Assembly: GCA_963693365.1 (NCBI GenBank)
Contig: CAVNZM010000012.1
Location: 744,001-808,000, forward strand
From: Amoebidium appalachense
Lineage: Eukaryota > Protista > Ichthyosporea
Direction: 5' to 3'
DNA: 64,000 nucleotides
This document shows positions 36,143 to 57,189 of this stretch, piece after piece. The notes under the pieces are model-generated. The model saw only the letters and a list, made by a program, of their open reading frames with translations, ran no database searches and was not told the DNA's origin. The translations under genes and the position numbers were made by a program. The stretch's first letter is position 1. Every line of letters begins with the position of its first letter.

Positions 36143-39100
36143 AGCAACCTGTGTTCCAATATTGCAAAGGGAAAACAAAAATGGAGAGACGAAGGAGGAA
36201 CTTAAAAGCTCTGTTGTTTGTGAATGCATGCGCAGACTGATGGATGCGCGTGACGGTTGTTTTGGTATGCAAACGAGCATTAGCAGATCTGTTCAGGAAT
36301 CACAGCGCAGCCATCAGAGCCAATCAAATGCTGCCACCTAAACGAATGAAGTGCGACCATTGCGCAGTATAAACCCCCACATTCCGACGGATTATTGGCT
36401 TGTGGGCTTGGCCGATGGGGCTCAAAAGCGAAAAGTTGACAAAGTTTTTTTTTTCCGGTATGCCCAATTGCCCATTGCCTTATATTTCTTCTATAACGTT
36501 AAATCTTTATTGCCTTTTATAGCTAAAAACGGTACCTAATAGAAATTCATTAATATTTTTCATTTGTGATTCGCCATTTTATGCGGCATGTTCACAAGGT
36601 CCTATGTATTTGTAAAGTGAACCATGTTTCCTGGGTTATCTAGGGGCCGGGCCCGTTGGGATTGTTTTTTAGCTCAGATTTGGTCTGCATTGTTCTTTTA
36701 GAGGCTGACTTGCTTGCTGTGCATCGGTAGGTTTTGAGGGGGGCCTGTTGGGAAGCAGCAGTAATGATGTCTTCTTGCGGAGTGTGGTCTGGTCAACATC
36801 GATGCATATGACTAGTTGGAGCAAACTAGTTTCACGCATACACGTACACTTAAGGTTTTGCCCGCTGGTGTCCTTTGTCACTTGTCGCTTTATTTTTATT
36901 TCGTAGCTTTGGCTTTTTCAGTTCTATTGGTGGTAATGTAGCCTGTGGCTGCACGTTGCCTTCATCAACGGATCAATAAAAACGAGTCAAAAGAAAAGAA
37001 AAAATGTTTCTATCTCTTAAAAATATTGTGGGGCTCAATATGCTATGCTTGCTTGTCCGGGTAGCAAATACCTACATACATTTTGATGCCCGGGAGGCTC
37101 GCACCCACTTTATGCTCGCTTCTTAGATCATTATTAGAAGCAGTAGCTATTAACAAGTCAAATTAAGGCAGAGAAAGATAATAAATTACTCATCAGTAAG
37201 CATAGTTGTGCATCTGCCTTTGAAAGCCTGCGTGCGGTTGTGGGGTCACAAACTCACATGTAGACGTCATTGTGCATTCGCATGGGCCGTGCGAAAGGAC
37301 GATACAAATTTGGAATTCAGCGCATTCCAGACAATAAGATTTGACGATTTTTAGCCAATTAAACCGTTGTGTTCTTTGACGTGACAAGCTGACCAATCGG
37401 TTCCTGGAACAGGTCTAGTCTTCCTATACCTCAAGATCAAAATGGAAATCTCAAGCGATGGTGCTTTCAACATGCCATTGAAAATACTACAGAACCGTGA
37501 CGAAGCCCGTTATTACTGTTATAATGAAATGTTTTGCTGTATAATCGGTTTATAAGTCGTCACCATTAAAACTTAAGTTTGATTGTATTCTCAGATACTG
37601 TAAATATCAAGAAATGTTTGAGCCCTGAAAGTCTTACGCTAATAGCAAATTTGGAACGATTGATTTCACACCACGCTCTAGGATTTTCCCTGCTAACAGA
37701 TAACATCTGTGGAATGCGCGATAGTAACGTACGGGATCTATCGGAACGGGTTGTTTCCCAGCTGAGTTGTGTAAGCGGCTTCTGGTGGCCCAGGGGCACG
37801 TGAACCTTACACTTAGAAATACACAAAAGAAATACTGGTTATTTTTTATTGATTGTGTTAAGTGAATTATTTTCTCGCACACGGTTTAGTGGCTGGTCAT
37901 GTGCTGACGATTCCGACAGCATTAGCATGGTGCGTTCCTTTGTGCACGTGTAATGCACTCAGGCATGTGATTTATGCTATGTACGTCAGCTCGCGTGCAT
38001 GGTGACCCATAGATGCGCCCATCATGATAAAAGTTGTGCCAGCAGCCGTGATCACAGTTACTGCCTGTGATCACCGTGGCACCAAATTAAAACGCTGTTT
38101 GGTCTGTCACATGTAAAGAGTAGCACCGTTGGCAAGTTGATGGGCAACAGCTTTGTTTTACAACGTCATGGAGTAAGTACCTCGTATGGTTGGTCTGAGT
38201 CACTAAGGCTTTGTTGCAAACCACACAGCTGGCACCCGTTCGAAACTACAACTGAGCTCTCATTATCGAAACTGGCCAGCCCCTCTGCGCTTGCCATATG
38301 TGGCTGGGCTTCATTTTCTGTCAACGCCAAGGAACAGAAATATGCCAGGCAAGCACATTGCTGTGTTACTGAGGATAGTTGCGCTACGGACCTGGTACTT
38401 TTTACAGAGCGAAAGAACAAACATTTTGCGGGAAACAAGGGAAATGCGGGCGGACTCCAGCCCTCGATCGATTTTCGTTGCCCGCATTCCATCCTGGCGA
38501 CATCGGCAGAATCTGGCAGATATTTAAAAAGTTTAACAGATATTTGCGGGAGAACCCATGAATTGTTTGTATGCCCAATACTCACTGACCGTGTGTACAT
38601 GTGATACCTGCACAGTAACTGGAAGACAGGAGGAGGTCAGTGCCACGGTTGGTGGTCGCAGCAGCTGGTTACAACCACAGAAGCCCAAGCTCTCCATCTG
38701 CAGCTGGATACCACCACGTTATCTGATCCATCACTAGATGTCGTTACGTGCACTGTGCCACACGCATGCACACACTGTGCACCGTGACGTTTCAACGTGA
38801 TAGTATATATTACTAATAAATATATTGCAATGTATTTGTCTCATGATCCAGTCACGCGTACTACCATGACGTAATGAAGATAACGATACTACATAGTATA
38901 TATATATATCCTGATGGTTGTATGTTACATATGTGTTTGTGAACTTGTAAAGGTACTACGCGGCATGATGCTCAATCGTGGTAGCTACAACCAGTGCCTA
39001 CTAATTTGCACAGTATTGATTTACTTTATGCATAACGTTTGCGACGTAGCATGTGCCTGCTTCAAGTTAGTGAATTTGTGACTGCAGTGCTGTATACTGC

Positions 39101-39267
39101 AATCATTTACTACATACGTATGTAGGCCATCACAAGGAAGGCTAAAGGGCGCTATCTCCGTCAAACGGGGCCGGGAAGAGAGCTTGAACTCATGATCAGT
39201 TGGAATTATAATGAGTCGAAAATCTTAGGTCTTCAGGGGACAGGGGGGGGGGGGGGGGGGGGGGGTT

Positions 39268-39335
39268 GAGAGATCTAGAGAGAGATCTAGAGAGAGATCT
39301 AGAGAGAGATCTAGAGAGAGATCTAGAGAGAGATC

Positions 39336-39433
<98 letters not shown>
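39268..39433. repeat. (GAGAGATCTAGA) x6 minisatellite running into (GA)n
   Basis: Seen directly in the sequence. Confidence 0.9.
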
Positions 39434-39468
39434 CCCAGCCGCTGTTTCAGAGAGAGAGAGAGCTAGGG

Positions 39469-39512
<44 letters not shown>

Positions 39513-40090
39513 GGACAAAACAGTAATTACGGGATACGGTGAGGCTGAACTTTGCTGCCACAGCTTTTAGTCCCTTGATCACACGATCGAGGCAAATCAC
39601 TCCTAACTTCAAGTTGACGGTCAATTCTTTTCGATTAGAATCCGAGTGGCAATTGTTACATGCAAGTAGGATTCTCACACAGACAATTGCAGCTTTAAGC
39701 CGCGGAGCGTCACGATGGTTACAAGCACTCTATCGCCCACATAATATTCACAGCAAAGTCATACCCCATAAATTAATGAACGTTACCACTGGTTGAACTT
39801 GGTCCAACATACATCACCATTTGGCAGCATTATCCCTCGTGTTCATGCCGCCATTCAAAGGACTGCAATGAATACTTCAGCGGCTTCAATGCAAAATGAC
39901 TGAGAATCATTCACGTTCAAGTATGATAGTGGTGCCCCTAATTAAGACTATGTCTGATCCCCCCTCCAATCACTACTAAAGGCAATGACCAAACAACTAA
40001 TTAATCCGAATTTCAATCCCACGTTTATAAATCATCATGCAAGTATTCTGGGCATATATCATTCGCATATTAAATTTTATCTGTGGGCAG

Positions 40091-46144
<6,054 letters not shown>

Positions 46145-46189
46145 TATTGATACAACACGCTGTAACTGTTTCCGTGTGCATACCCCGTG

Positions 46190-46243
<54 letters not shown>

Positions 46244-46771
46244 TCTCTCTCTCGTGTGCATGTGTGTGTGTGGGTGACCAGGAGTGCAGGAGTGCAAGTA
46301 CATATATGAATGGCCACAAGTTACAGCCCTGGTCATGCGGTGCGTATCGGGCCAATCATAATGTACCGATAACATCCAGGGTTAGCAATTCCGTGTCTTC
46401 CGTGTCACCGGATCCGACACACGTTTTATCTGCTCGCCACAGAGCATCATTGCAGTTGCCATCGGAAGAAGTTTATGTAACCACAACTCAGATGCCCCAA
46501 AAATACTTATGGCTGTTTTTGCTCGCATATAACCATTATATTGTAACTTGTCCCTCTTGACACTGTTTTTGGTCGTCGATTCCTCCTTTTCTCTCTCCTT
46601 TACCCTCTCCCCCTGTACCCTCTCTCCTTTACCCTCTCTCCTTTACCCTCTCTCTTTTACCTTCTCTTCTTTACCCTCTCTCCTTGAACCTACATATATC
46701 TTGGCTCAACAGCTTCGCCCTACATACCTTTATACCCATGTAAATAGATCCTCGTTCAATTAATACCCAAC
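46145..46771. promoter_or_regulatory. Probable bidirectional promoter between LIPT2 (-) and SDR (+)
   Basis: The predicted start codons diverge about 630 bp apart, with a GGCCAATCA CCAAT box at ~46350. Positional inference only. Confidence 0.45.
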
Positions 46772-48094
46772 ATGAGCTGGTGTGAGCTGTACTCCACACC
46801 ACCCTTTCTTGTGTTGGTTTTTGTGCTATGGATAGGATGGCTTGCCAGTGACCTGACACCGTTTGGCGACGAGGGGAGGAGGAGGAGGATAGCAGCGCAC
46901 TTCAGGGGGGAAGCACGTGTGGTATGTGCCTGTGTGCCCGTGTGCCCGTGTCCTGTGCCTGTATGGTTTAACGCCATTGCCATGCGTTGCCACCTTTCTT
47001 TCCGGTTGCTGAACGGCTTTCATCTCGATAAGTATTCTCGGTTTGCTGGGCCGTACTAAATATTAAACGTTTCAGCTCTACACAGTCTTGCCGGGCCTCT
47101 CTCACACATACACACACACATTCTCTCTACCTCTATCTCTCTCTCTCCCTCCCCCTCACCTCTCCCCCTCTTCCTTCTCTCTCTTTCCCCCCTTTCAACC
47201 TCCTTTCTCTTGCTATCTCCCCCCCCCCTCCCTCTCTCTCTCTCTCTCTTCCCCCTTTGAGATCTCCCTTTGATTCTCGCTCTCGCTCGGTCTCTCTCGC
47301 TCCCCTCTCCTCTCTCTCTTTCCCTCTCTCTCTCTCTATCTCTCTCTCTCTCTCCCCCTCCCCTCCCTCCCGCTCTCCCTCCCCCTCTTCCTTCCCCCCC
47401 CCCCCCCCCCCCAAAAAAAAACCCCGTTTCTGCCCCCCTCTCTCCCTCTCCCTCTCCTCCTCCCCCTTCCCTCTCTCTGTATCTCTTGCCCCCCCTCAAC
47501 CCCCCTCCCTCGTCACCCCCATAAACACACACACACACCCCTCTCTTCTCCGTTCCATCTGACACCTGAATTTTTGCTCAACATTGTCTTTCCCCCACTG
47601 CTTTCCTTCCATAATGGTGGGCCTTTGGTTGCAGGAAGAAGGAAGGATAATCAGCTGAGAAGGGGGCGGGACGGGGGGTACAACTGGGGAAGGGGGGGGA
47701 GGAGGGGGGAGGGAGGGGGGGGAGGAGGGAGTGGAGGAGAGGGGGGGGGGGGGGGGGGGAGGGAGGAGAGGGAGGGGGCGGGGAGGAGGGGGGGGGGGGG
47801 GGTAAAGTATTAGACAGTAAAAAGAATTCTGAATTTCCCATTTGGTTGTTAAAGCCTACAATGTAGAAACCATTCATGACCCGGCCATGTGTGTGCGTGT
47901 GGGTGCTGGTGGTGGTGGTATAGAGAATGGAGGTGGGGCACGGTTCGAAAAAGAAATGGATGGAACTTTGGGGGCTGGGTGATATTCGAAAAAGAAATGA
48001 TTTAGCAACTGTACTTGATCTGTTGAGATCCGTCTGATCGTTGTATCGCCCATCTCTTTTTGACCTTTGCTTTCTTTATTCTTAGCCACACATA

Positions 48095-48127
<33 letters not shown>

Positions 48128-48377
48128 CCCCCCCCCTCCCCTCCCTCCCCCTCCCCCTTCCCCTCTCCCACCTACCCCCCACCACCCGGCACCACCACTA
48201 TTTCTTTAAACAGTTCAACCAACCATACTGAACGATTTTTTATGTCTGTCTTGCAACAGTACTATGATATGTGTACTGTCAACTGCTTCTAACCTTCAAC
48301 CTTATGCCCCCTCCCCCCTACCTACCCACTACCCCCGCCCTCCACTCTCCCCACAAACTCTCTCCCGTATGCGCACA

Positions 48378-48446
<69 letters not shown>

Positions 48447-48593
48447 ACACAGGCATGCTTTCCCCCTCCCCCCTCCCCCCTCCCTCCCCCCCCTCCTCCC
48501 CCCCACACACACACATCCCAACCCACTTCCTGCTTACCTTTTCCCCCCCTGCCCCCCCCCCCCTTTTCCTTTTTTCTTCCCCCCCCATCCCCC

Positions 48594-48624
<31 letters not shown>

Positions 48625-49040
48625 ACACACTCTCCCCCCTCCCCCCCTCCCCCCCCCCCCCCCCCCACCACCACCACCACCACCTTTTTTTTTACCTTTT
48701 TCAGGCTGACGGGGGCATCAGATGGGCTTGGTGCCGCCATGGCCGTAGCCATTGCCAATATCTGCCCCACAGCATTACTGACACTCAGTGCACGGTCACG
48801 TGATAGGCTGGAAAAGGTGTGTGTGTGTGGGGGGGGGGGGGGGGGGGGGGGAGAGGGGCGGAGGGATGTTGTGGGATGTGTGGTTGTTGTGTAGTGCTTG
48901 GGTGCTGAATGTGTTTGTGTGTGTGCTGCAAGGGATAGAGGTGTGTGTGTGTGGGGGGGGGGGGGGGGGGGGGGGGGGGAGAAGGGGGGGGGGGCAGGGG
49001 GGGGGGGGGGGGGGTTGTGTGTGTGTGTGTGTCTGTGTGT

Positions 49041-49133
<93 letters not shown>

Positions 49134-49552
49134 GGAAAGGGTGCGGGAGGTGGGGGAGGGGAGAAGGATGAGGGTAATGTCAGCAAGAGGGGAAACCAGG
49201 TTTACGTTGTGGAGGAGGGGGGGGGGGGGTGGAGGGTGGGGGGGGAGGCGGAGGGGGGGTTTGATAAATGTTGTTAGTCAACATACCAATGTGGTGGCCG
49301 GGTTTCCGATTCTGAGAATGGAAATTTTATTTTGTCAATGTAATTCCTTAGGCTTTATGGTGAAGATCAAAGGAATTGGTCATTGCTGAATAATACGGCT
49401 TTAAAAATCCCGGAATATTCTTTTTTTTCCGATATCTGACAGGGTCACGGGCGCAGGTGCAGAAGTTGTGCGAGGCAACTGGATGCAGAGTGCACGTGGT
49501 GCAGTGTGACGTCACAAAGGTCTGCACATGCACGGGCACACACACACACACA

Positions 49553-49634
<82 letters not shown>

Positions 49635-49715
49635 CTGACACTGAGAAACATGCACACACACCGAGCCTTGTCATGCATATACGTGCGTGCGCCCAGGCAC
49701 ACACACGCAAACACA

Positions 49716-49776
<61 letters not shown>

Positions 49777-49795
49777 ACATACACACACACACTCA

Positions 49796-49840
<45 letters not shown>

Positions 49841-50536
49841 TGGGTACGCTTGCGTGTCATTTGTTGAACCGCGTGAAGACAACAACAAGATAGAGAGCAA
49901 ACTGTTGCAATCTGTCACTGGAAAGTGGACCAGGGGGATGGTGGTGCTGGTGGGGGGAGGGGGGGGGGGGGGGAGGGGGGTGACTCGGAGGGGGGGGGGG
50001 GGGGTCTTTTTGTGTTGTGTGTGTGTGTTGTTGTTTTTTTTGTTTGTTTTTTTTTTGGGGGGGGGGGGAGGGGGGGGGGGGGGGACGGGAGGGGACGAGG
50101 GGAGGGGGGGGGAGCTGGTTAAAAAGGAGAGTTTTTTTTTGTAATGGTGGTGTGTACGTGTGTGTATGTTTGGTGGTGGTGGTGGGGGGGGGGGGGGGGC
50201 ATGTGAGGGGGTCACGTGACCGAGCATCAGGGCACAGGGGCATGACGTCATCAGTGCTGCAGCAAGGCAGGCAGAGGGGGAGGGGTTTGGCCCGGTGGAC
50301 ATCCTGATTGGTGCGTACATCCTTATCGGCCTAGATCGGCCAATGAGATGGGGTTATCCGTAGGTCGGCTTATCGGATGTGTTTCTTTTTCCTTCGATTC
50401 CATCATGTAGGTGATTGGAGCTCGAGGGATCGAAATTGTATGAATGAGAGGGAAAACGTGCGTGGCAGTGTGGTGCAGGAGTTGATGGGGTGGGTGAAAA
50501 TAGTGTGTGTGTGTGTGTGTGGGAAAGGGGGGAGGG

Positions 50537-50569
<33 letters not shown>

Positions 50570-50952
50570 GGGGAGGGGGGGGGGGGGGGGGAGGGGGTAT
50601 CTTAGAAACAAGGATGTGAGCAGTTGGGGGGGGGGAGGGGGGGAGGAGGAGGTAAAGGAGGCAGAGAAAGGCCCCTTAGAGGGAAGGGAGTTGGGGGGGG
50701 GGGGGGGGGGGGGGGGGGGCAACTGTTATCTTCTATCTGCTCCCATGATTTGTGTTCCTTTTCTTATAGAATGCAATCATCTTTGCCTCCCCTCCATATT
50801 CCCCCCATCGCTATTGGGCTAAGAACTCATCATGCCCCCTCCCCCCCCCCCCAATACACCGACACACACTCACACTCACACACTCACACAAACACGCGCG
50901 CGCACACACACACACACACACGTGCACGCACGTACGCACGCACGCACACGCG

Positions 50953-51001
<49 letters not shown>

Positions 51002-51252
51002 CCAATGCAGGCATTAACCACGGAGGCAAGCCTTTCACCCACGTTGGCCCCGAGAGTGTCTGTGACGTCATCAACACCAACCTGACGGGGGCTATCCACT
51101 GTGTGATGGCGGTATTGCCTAATATGGTCAAGCGGAATGCGGGCCAGGTGTGTGCATGGTGGGTATTGCCTAATATGGTCAAGAGGAATGCTGACCAGGT
51201 GTGTGCATGGTGGATAGTATGGGGTTACTTAGGGGTTTTTTTTTTTTTTTTT

Positions 51253-51305
<53 letters not shown>

Positions 51306-51812
51306 GGGGGGGATTTTGGGGTAGTCGTACATGTTTATGTATAGACCACAGGGGGGGGGGGGGGGTTGAGTGGGGAAAGCCTAGTGCCAACATAATCACT
51401 ATTGAAATTACATCCCGTGGTGTTTGCATGGCTGTATGCACATGCACGAGAGCACATTCCACACTGACCATTCACCAATCAGATTGTCGGGATCAGTAGC
51501 CAGGCAGCCAATAGGGGGGTACCTGGAGGCACTGTGTATGGGGCAACCAAGGCGGGGCTGAGTAACTTTCTGGAAGGGCTCAGAATAGAGCTGGTTACAC
51601 AGGCACCGGGTATTACTATCACTGCGGTAAGGGCCCAATTACCACAATGTTTCTCTGTTAGCCTTATTTGGTTGTGTCTGTGCGGCTGTTGGAGTGAGGT
51701 CAGTAAGTGTTTTTTTGTGGTGTTGAGCTTGTTTTCGTTTCATAACTTAGTCTTATATTCTTTAATTGGTCAACCCTCTGCATGGTGTCAAAATCTTTAT
51801 GTCTTCCCCCCC

Positions 51813-51871
<59 letters not shown>

Positions 51872-52591
51872 GCACTCTTCGCATACACATGCAGTGCACA
51901 TGCATAAACGGACGTTAGAGAAAGTGAGGTCTGTACATGACCCCCCCCCCCCCCCCCCTCTTTCTTCCACACCTCCCTTCGTTTTTCGTTCACCTGTTAC
52001 AGTAACTGACAACCGAGTTCGTCCTTCCTCCCAAACACAAGTACATCCAACCCCGCACAGACAAAGCTCCCCCTCCCCCCCCCCCCCCCCCCCCCCCTCC
52101 CCCCCTCCCCCATACACACACCTTCATATGCACATGCACAAACACTGAAAGACACATACGCACGCACGCACGCACGCACGCACACCCACACACACATACA
52201 CACACGCGCACACGCACACACACACACACACACACACACGCGCGCGCGTTCAACAAATGCACAATCACACACAACCTTGCCCCCCCTCCCCCTCCCTCCC
52301 TCCCCGTCCCTCCCTCCCTCCCTCCCTCCCTTCCCCTCCTCTCCACACACACAGGTACACCCAGGGTTCATCGACACACCAGCCATCCGAGGCCTATCCC
52401 ACCACAAACCCTTCCAAGTCAGTGCAGATAGGGCAGCCCTCTTAACCCTCGAGGGGGTGACACGTCAGAGGGCCTACTGGGGCTACCCGTCTATTATGGA
52501 GCACCTTGTACTAAATATAGCGAGGTGGGCCCCGGCTGGGATATATGCCTGGGTGGTGGGGATGACTGCCCCCCCCTCTGTGAGTCATTAA
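46772..52591 (+). CDS. Short-chain dehydrogenase/reductase with an N-terminal membrane anchor (DHRS7-like)
   Basis: Exons 46772-46921, 48705-48816, 49457-49519, 50238-50310, 51002-51147, 51483-51626 and 52355-52591. Motifs: [44 protein letters not shown]. Exon 1 needs one fewer G at 46905-46910 to be in phase. Confidence 0.9.
51111..51212 (+). repeat. 51-bp tandem duplication spanning an SDR exon end and its 5' splice site
   Basis: ggtattgcctaatatggtcaag.ggaatgc.g.ccag|gtgtgtgcatggtgg occurs at 51111 and 51162. Confidence 0.9.
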
Positions 52592-54066
52592 GGGGATCAT
52601 TGCACTTTCGTTGGCTGCTCCCTCCGGTCATTAAGTCTTAGACAAGAATGGTGTGTTGAAGCTGTAAGTATGCGAATGTAATATTTGGGTGAACGTATGG
52701 GGTGTTGGTGGTTTGTAGGCTGAGAATGGGTGAGAATGGGTGTGAGCACGGGGTGTCATTTTGAAAGTGTATGAATGAAAGTTTCTTAACGGTGGTGGTG
52801 GGGGGGGGTTGGGTGGTTTTTTTTTTTTTTCTTTGGGGGGGTTTGGTAAAGGGGTTGTGTAATTGGTTGTCATTCACGAAGCACATTGGTCAGGAACAGA
52901 CTTGCCGCCCACAGGTACTGTTTGCACATGTCCAGGCACAGCTGTATGTGCACACAGTGCTGCTGGATGCAGCCCAGACATCCTGGTGGCGCACGTGTGC
53001 ATATCGAATTAGACTCGCCCAGCTGCAGCAAGTAACTTATCAAATAAAGAACATGGGCTAAAGCTGCCGACCTTACTCCTCTGTACCCCAACTTCAGCCG
53101 GTGCACATGCATATGCATATGGCCTATCAACCCACCTTGTAAAAGACACATGTGCAGCATGAACAAACCCACACACGCTAGGATGCTCTCCCTCCAAAAC
53201 TTTGCCAAAGCAGGATGCCACACACAGTGACACGCCGCCTTGCTCGAGCTTCCGCAACTGCTTTAAATTTTTATTAAAAAACTCACTACTACAGTACTAC
53301 AACAGCAACTACTATGAGACACACTACACACACGTGTACACAAGCATACGCCTTGTTTTTAAGCCTCTCGCCCTATTATCCCAGTCCCTGGAGCCTGCCA
53401 CCCCTCCCCATCAGGCTCCTAGGCAATACGTATAGTATTTCCCACCGTTTAAATGTTTTATTAACGGTGAATTGCATGTAGCCACTACATCTAACTTCCC
53501 TCAATGTGCATGTGTGTGAGCACACACAGTACGGGCGCTTACGTGCGTGCAATTCAATCTAATAGTACAGGGCTGGCACAGACGCTCAGCTCTTACATGT
53601 TCCATGCGCATAGGTACGACCCCTGCTTTGCACAGCTACATAAATGAACCATGACACCATGAGTGGAACTACAGTGCTGTGTCATAAAGGACCGGGCAAA
53701 GCACATATCGATATTGACCTATAACTACATGAGTAGCGCGTGAACGCTGATATTATGTAGCGCATCTGAGTTGGGTGGGCGTACACTGACCGTGAAAAAA
53801 AATATGTAGTACATCCATACTAAACACACATTTGTGGTGAACTGCATGCATTTGCATATATGTGCAGTGTGTTTAAATCCCAATCACGGGTCGTTCTTCA
53901 TTGCCATTTATGGTGGGTGCCCAATGTTACCCCCCCGGCGCAGACCTGCACACTCTTGCCCCCCTCCTCCCCTCCTCCTCCCCCCTCCCCCCCCCCCTCT
54001 CCTCCACACCGCCACCACCACCACTTGAACGCCATCTGGTACCCCCCCTCCCCTCCCTCCCTCCCC

Positions 54067-54113
<47 letters not shown>

Positions 54114-54407
54114 ATCTCCCCCCCCCCATAGGAAAAAAAAAAAGAAAAAAAAAACACACACACACACAAACACACAGAGAGAGAATAATAGAGTTAAAAA
54201 AGCAATAAAGCACCTGATTATACATGATGTGTGTAAAGGCATGGATCGTGCCATTGGCACCACATCTATAAATATGACTTTTTTGTTTTATAGCATTAAA
54301 TAGGAGCTCAGAACACACAAACATAGATGACCTCCATATATTATACATCACCTTCAAACTATCACGTTCACCTTAGCTTTTTATAACCACTACGTTTAAA
54401 AAATTCG

Positions 54408-54696
54408 TCATACGTTCGAGACAACTACACTAGTACTACATATCAGAACGCCCATTTCCATTTCACATTCTCCCCTCAATCTAGGTTTCATTGCATAATT
54501 TCGCCAATCCACTCTGATCGCTCTACCTTTTGTGGGTGCGTATAAGCGCAGCGGTTTGGGAATTATCTCGCCCTCCACCCAGCCCTTCTCCCAGTCCTCC
54601 CCGTCAATATCCAACGAACTGCCTCCGTGTGGTTGGTTGGGCTCGGGGTCGAGACGGAAAGCCTGAAGTAGCATGCATGGGTCAGTGCGGATTGCA

Positions 54697-54735
<39 letters not shown>

Positions 54736-55141
54736 CCCTCCCCCCCACCCACCCACTCATAACCACCACCACCACCACCATCGCCTACGCACATACACAA
54801 TGAAAGAGGATGTTCACCGCATCCTAATGCTTATTATATTACATGGTCTGGCTTTCCCCCCCCCCCCCCCCCCCCCCCCTCCCCCCCTTTCCACTGCTGT
54901 CTCTGGCCCTATCCCACACCCTCCCCCGTACCCCTTTCCCCTGTTTTAACGAAAACCCTTCCCCCCCCCCCCCTTCTCCTCCTCCCAGGTCTCGCTCTTC
55001 TCCCCCTGCCACATAATGGGATTAAATTAAGAAAAAAGATAGGAAAGAAGGAAGACACCCACCCATTGACCCGTTTAGCTCATCCCATCCCATCCCCCCC
55101 CCCCCCCCCCCCCCAACACACACACACACACACCCTCCCCA

Positions 55142-55178
<37 letters not shown>

Positions 55179-57189
55179 CTCTGCCTCACCCTCTGCCCCA
55201 AACTCCAGTCACCATAATCTTGTAAAATCGGACACCAGTGCACCCACCCTACACTTTTTGTAGCGTATGTCCTTGTGGCCCACATGTGCCCCTGCCTCCC
55301 CATTCATCAGAGTGGATAGAAATGCCCCCCGGCAGCTCCGAGTAGAGGAGACCAAATCAATAGTCCCATCATGATGGCTTGCATACGGGGCTATGCAAAA
55401 ATCGGCCGCTGGGTACGGCACATTCATAGCAAAAAACAGTGTAAAATCCCCCTAACATTCTTGCCAATTTTCACGCCCGGAAAAGGAGAGCGGGCCTGTA
55501 AGTTGGCGTTTTGGGCCGTGGCCTAGGTGGGGGTCTGTCTCGGTGTACTTGGGTGGGGTGGCAATGAGCTCGGGTTCTGCTGGCAGCCTGTGGGGGGACG
55601 GGGGAGGGGGAGGGAGGGAGAGAAGGGGGAAGGGGGGGGGGGGGGGGGGGGGGAGGGGGATGTATGCATTAGAGGGTCGGAAATAGGGAGAAAACGCCAA
55701 AGGAGAAAATACAAATGCCACAAAAATGAAAAACCCGAAATCAAACATTTTGTTTGTAAATCGACAACAAGAAGCGTGCGGGCAGGGAACACTTAAACAG
55801 AGGGGGGTTCCTATGCCTCCACAAAAGAATATGAGTGGCCGGGGGAGGAGGAGGGGGGGAGGGGGAGGAGGAGGGGAAGGGGGGGGGGGTGGGGGGAAGG
55901 GGGGGGGGGGGGGGGGGGGGGGTGAAGTGTTGGTCATGTATTGGGTTGCCTCTTTCGTGCACAAAGAAAGCATTTCGGTGATGGTTGTAGACGTGTACAT
56001 GTGTGGGTGTGTGGGCATGCGTCCGCATGTGGGTGTTTGTGTGTCTGTGTAGGTGTGGGGTGTGCCTCCGTCTGTGTTCCAAAAATGTGGGTGTGCGTGT
56101 TCGTGTGGGCACCCGTGCGTGTGAGCTGTGTGTGTTGATGTGTGTATGTCTGTGTGTCTGTGTCTGTCTGTCTGTGTGTTTACGTCTGCCCGTATGTCTG
56201 TCTCTCTTTGCGTGTGTGCGGGCAAGCACACGCCTGCACGCCTGTGCTAGGCAGTGTGTTCGACTGTGTGTGTATTTGTGTGTGTCTCTGTGTGTTGTGT
56301 GTGTGTGTGTGCGCGCGTGTGTGCGTGCGCGCGAGGGCGTGCATGCGTGAATAGGTGTGTGTACCTATGTGTGTATGTTTGTTATTACACATGTGCATGC
56401 CAATGCCTGTGTATCTGTGTTTGATATGGGACATCCCACAACCACACAGAGGGAAGACACTCACCACTGCAACCTAGCCGGATACTTCCTCAAAAACAGA
56501 ATCCTTATAAACGCACATATCTCCTGCCGTATGGGGCCCAACCACCTCATACGTTCACTCAGTCAAACTCAGCATCAGACACTAGTGCCCACAACAGCTC
56601 CAAATGACTGTATGAACTGTGTGCTCTGTAGTGTAACACACAATGTCGAAGGGCTCGGTGTGGCCTGGATATGCAATGGTGGGTTAGTGGGTGTTTAGTG
56701 TGTGGTTGTCTGGAGGTAATTCTATATGTATTAAAGTTTGGGCTATTCTTCCCCCCCCCCCCCCTAGGGGCGGGGGGGGGGGGGGGGGGGGGGAGGGGGG
56801 GAAGGCGGGGGGGCAGAGGGGCAGGGGGGGGGGGGGGGGGGAGGGGGGAGTGGGGGGTGAGGCAAATGTGAGGGCCATGCCAATCTTGCACCAGCCTTCC
56901 CTCAGATCACACCCACAAGACAGAAACCTAACTCAGACCTCCATAAACACTTCAGCAACAAGTGACAAAGCATAATGAGGTGGCACACAGGCACATCAGC
57001 TATGGAGGGAAAGTGTTACTTTTCAAGGTGCCCAGAAAAACAACCATTATGAAGAAAAGGGAATTAAGTAACACAAACATTGAATCAATACACTGGCGGC
57101 ATGGAGGGACTGAGTACCTTTAATATTAGCCAGGATGGCTCCCTCTGTATCTCCGATGCCCAGAGACTTGGCAGTGCCGTTGCCACTAC
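54408..57189 (-). pseudogene. Partial, disrupted tandem duplicate of the sphingosine kinase gene (last four exons)
   Basis: Exons 57189-57118 (GSGNGTAKSLG), 56664-56465 (200 nt vs 199 in the paralog, two indels), 55587-55248 (in-frame TAG at 55454-55452) and 54662-54408 ([21 protein letters not shown]). Intron positions match the intact copy. The NPxGG and SGDG exons were not found. Confidence 0.85.

Noticed and set aside
37410-38640. Exon-like stretches and overlapping 144-155 aa ORFs upstream of RGS
   Set aside because: I could not build a phase-consistent gene model or recognise a family.
52870-53260. 117-aa minus-strand ORF downstream of the SDR gene
   Set aside because: It has a GTG start, no recognisable motif and no linked exons.
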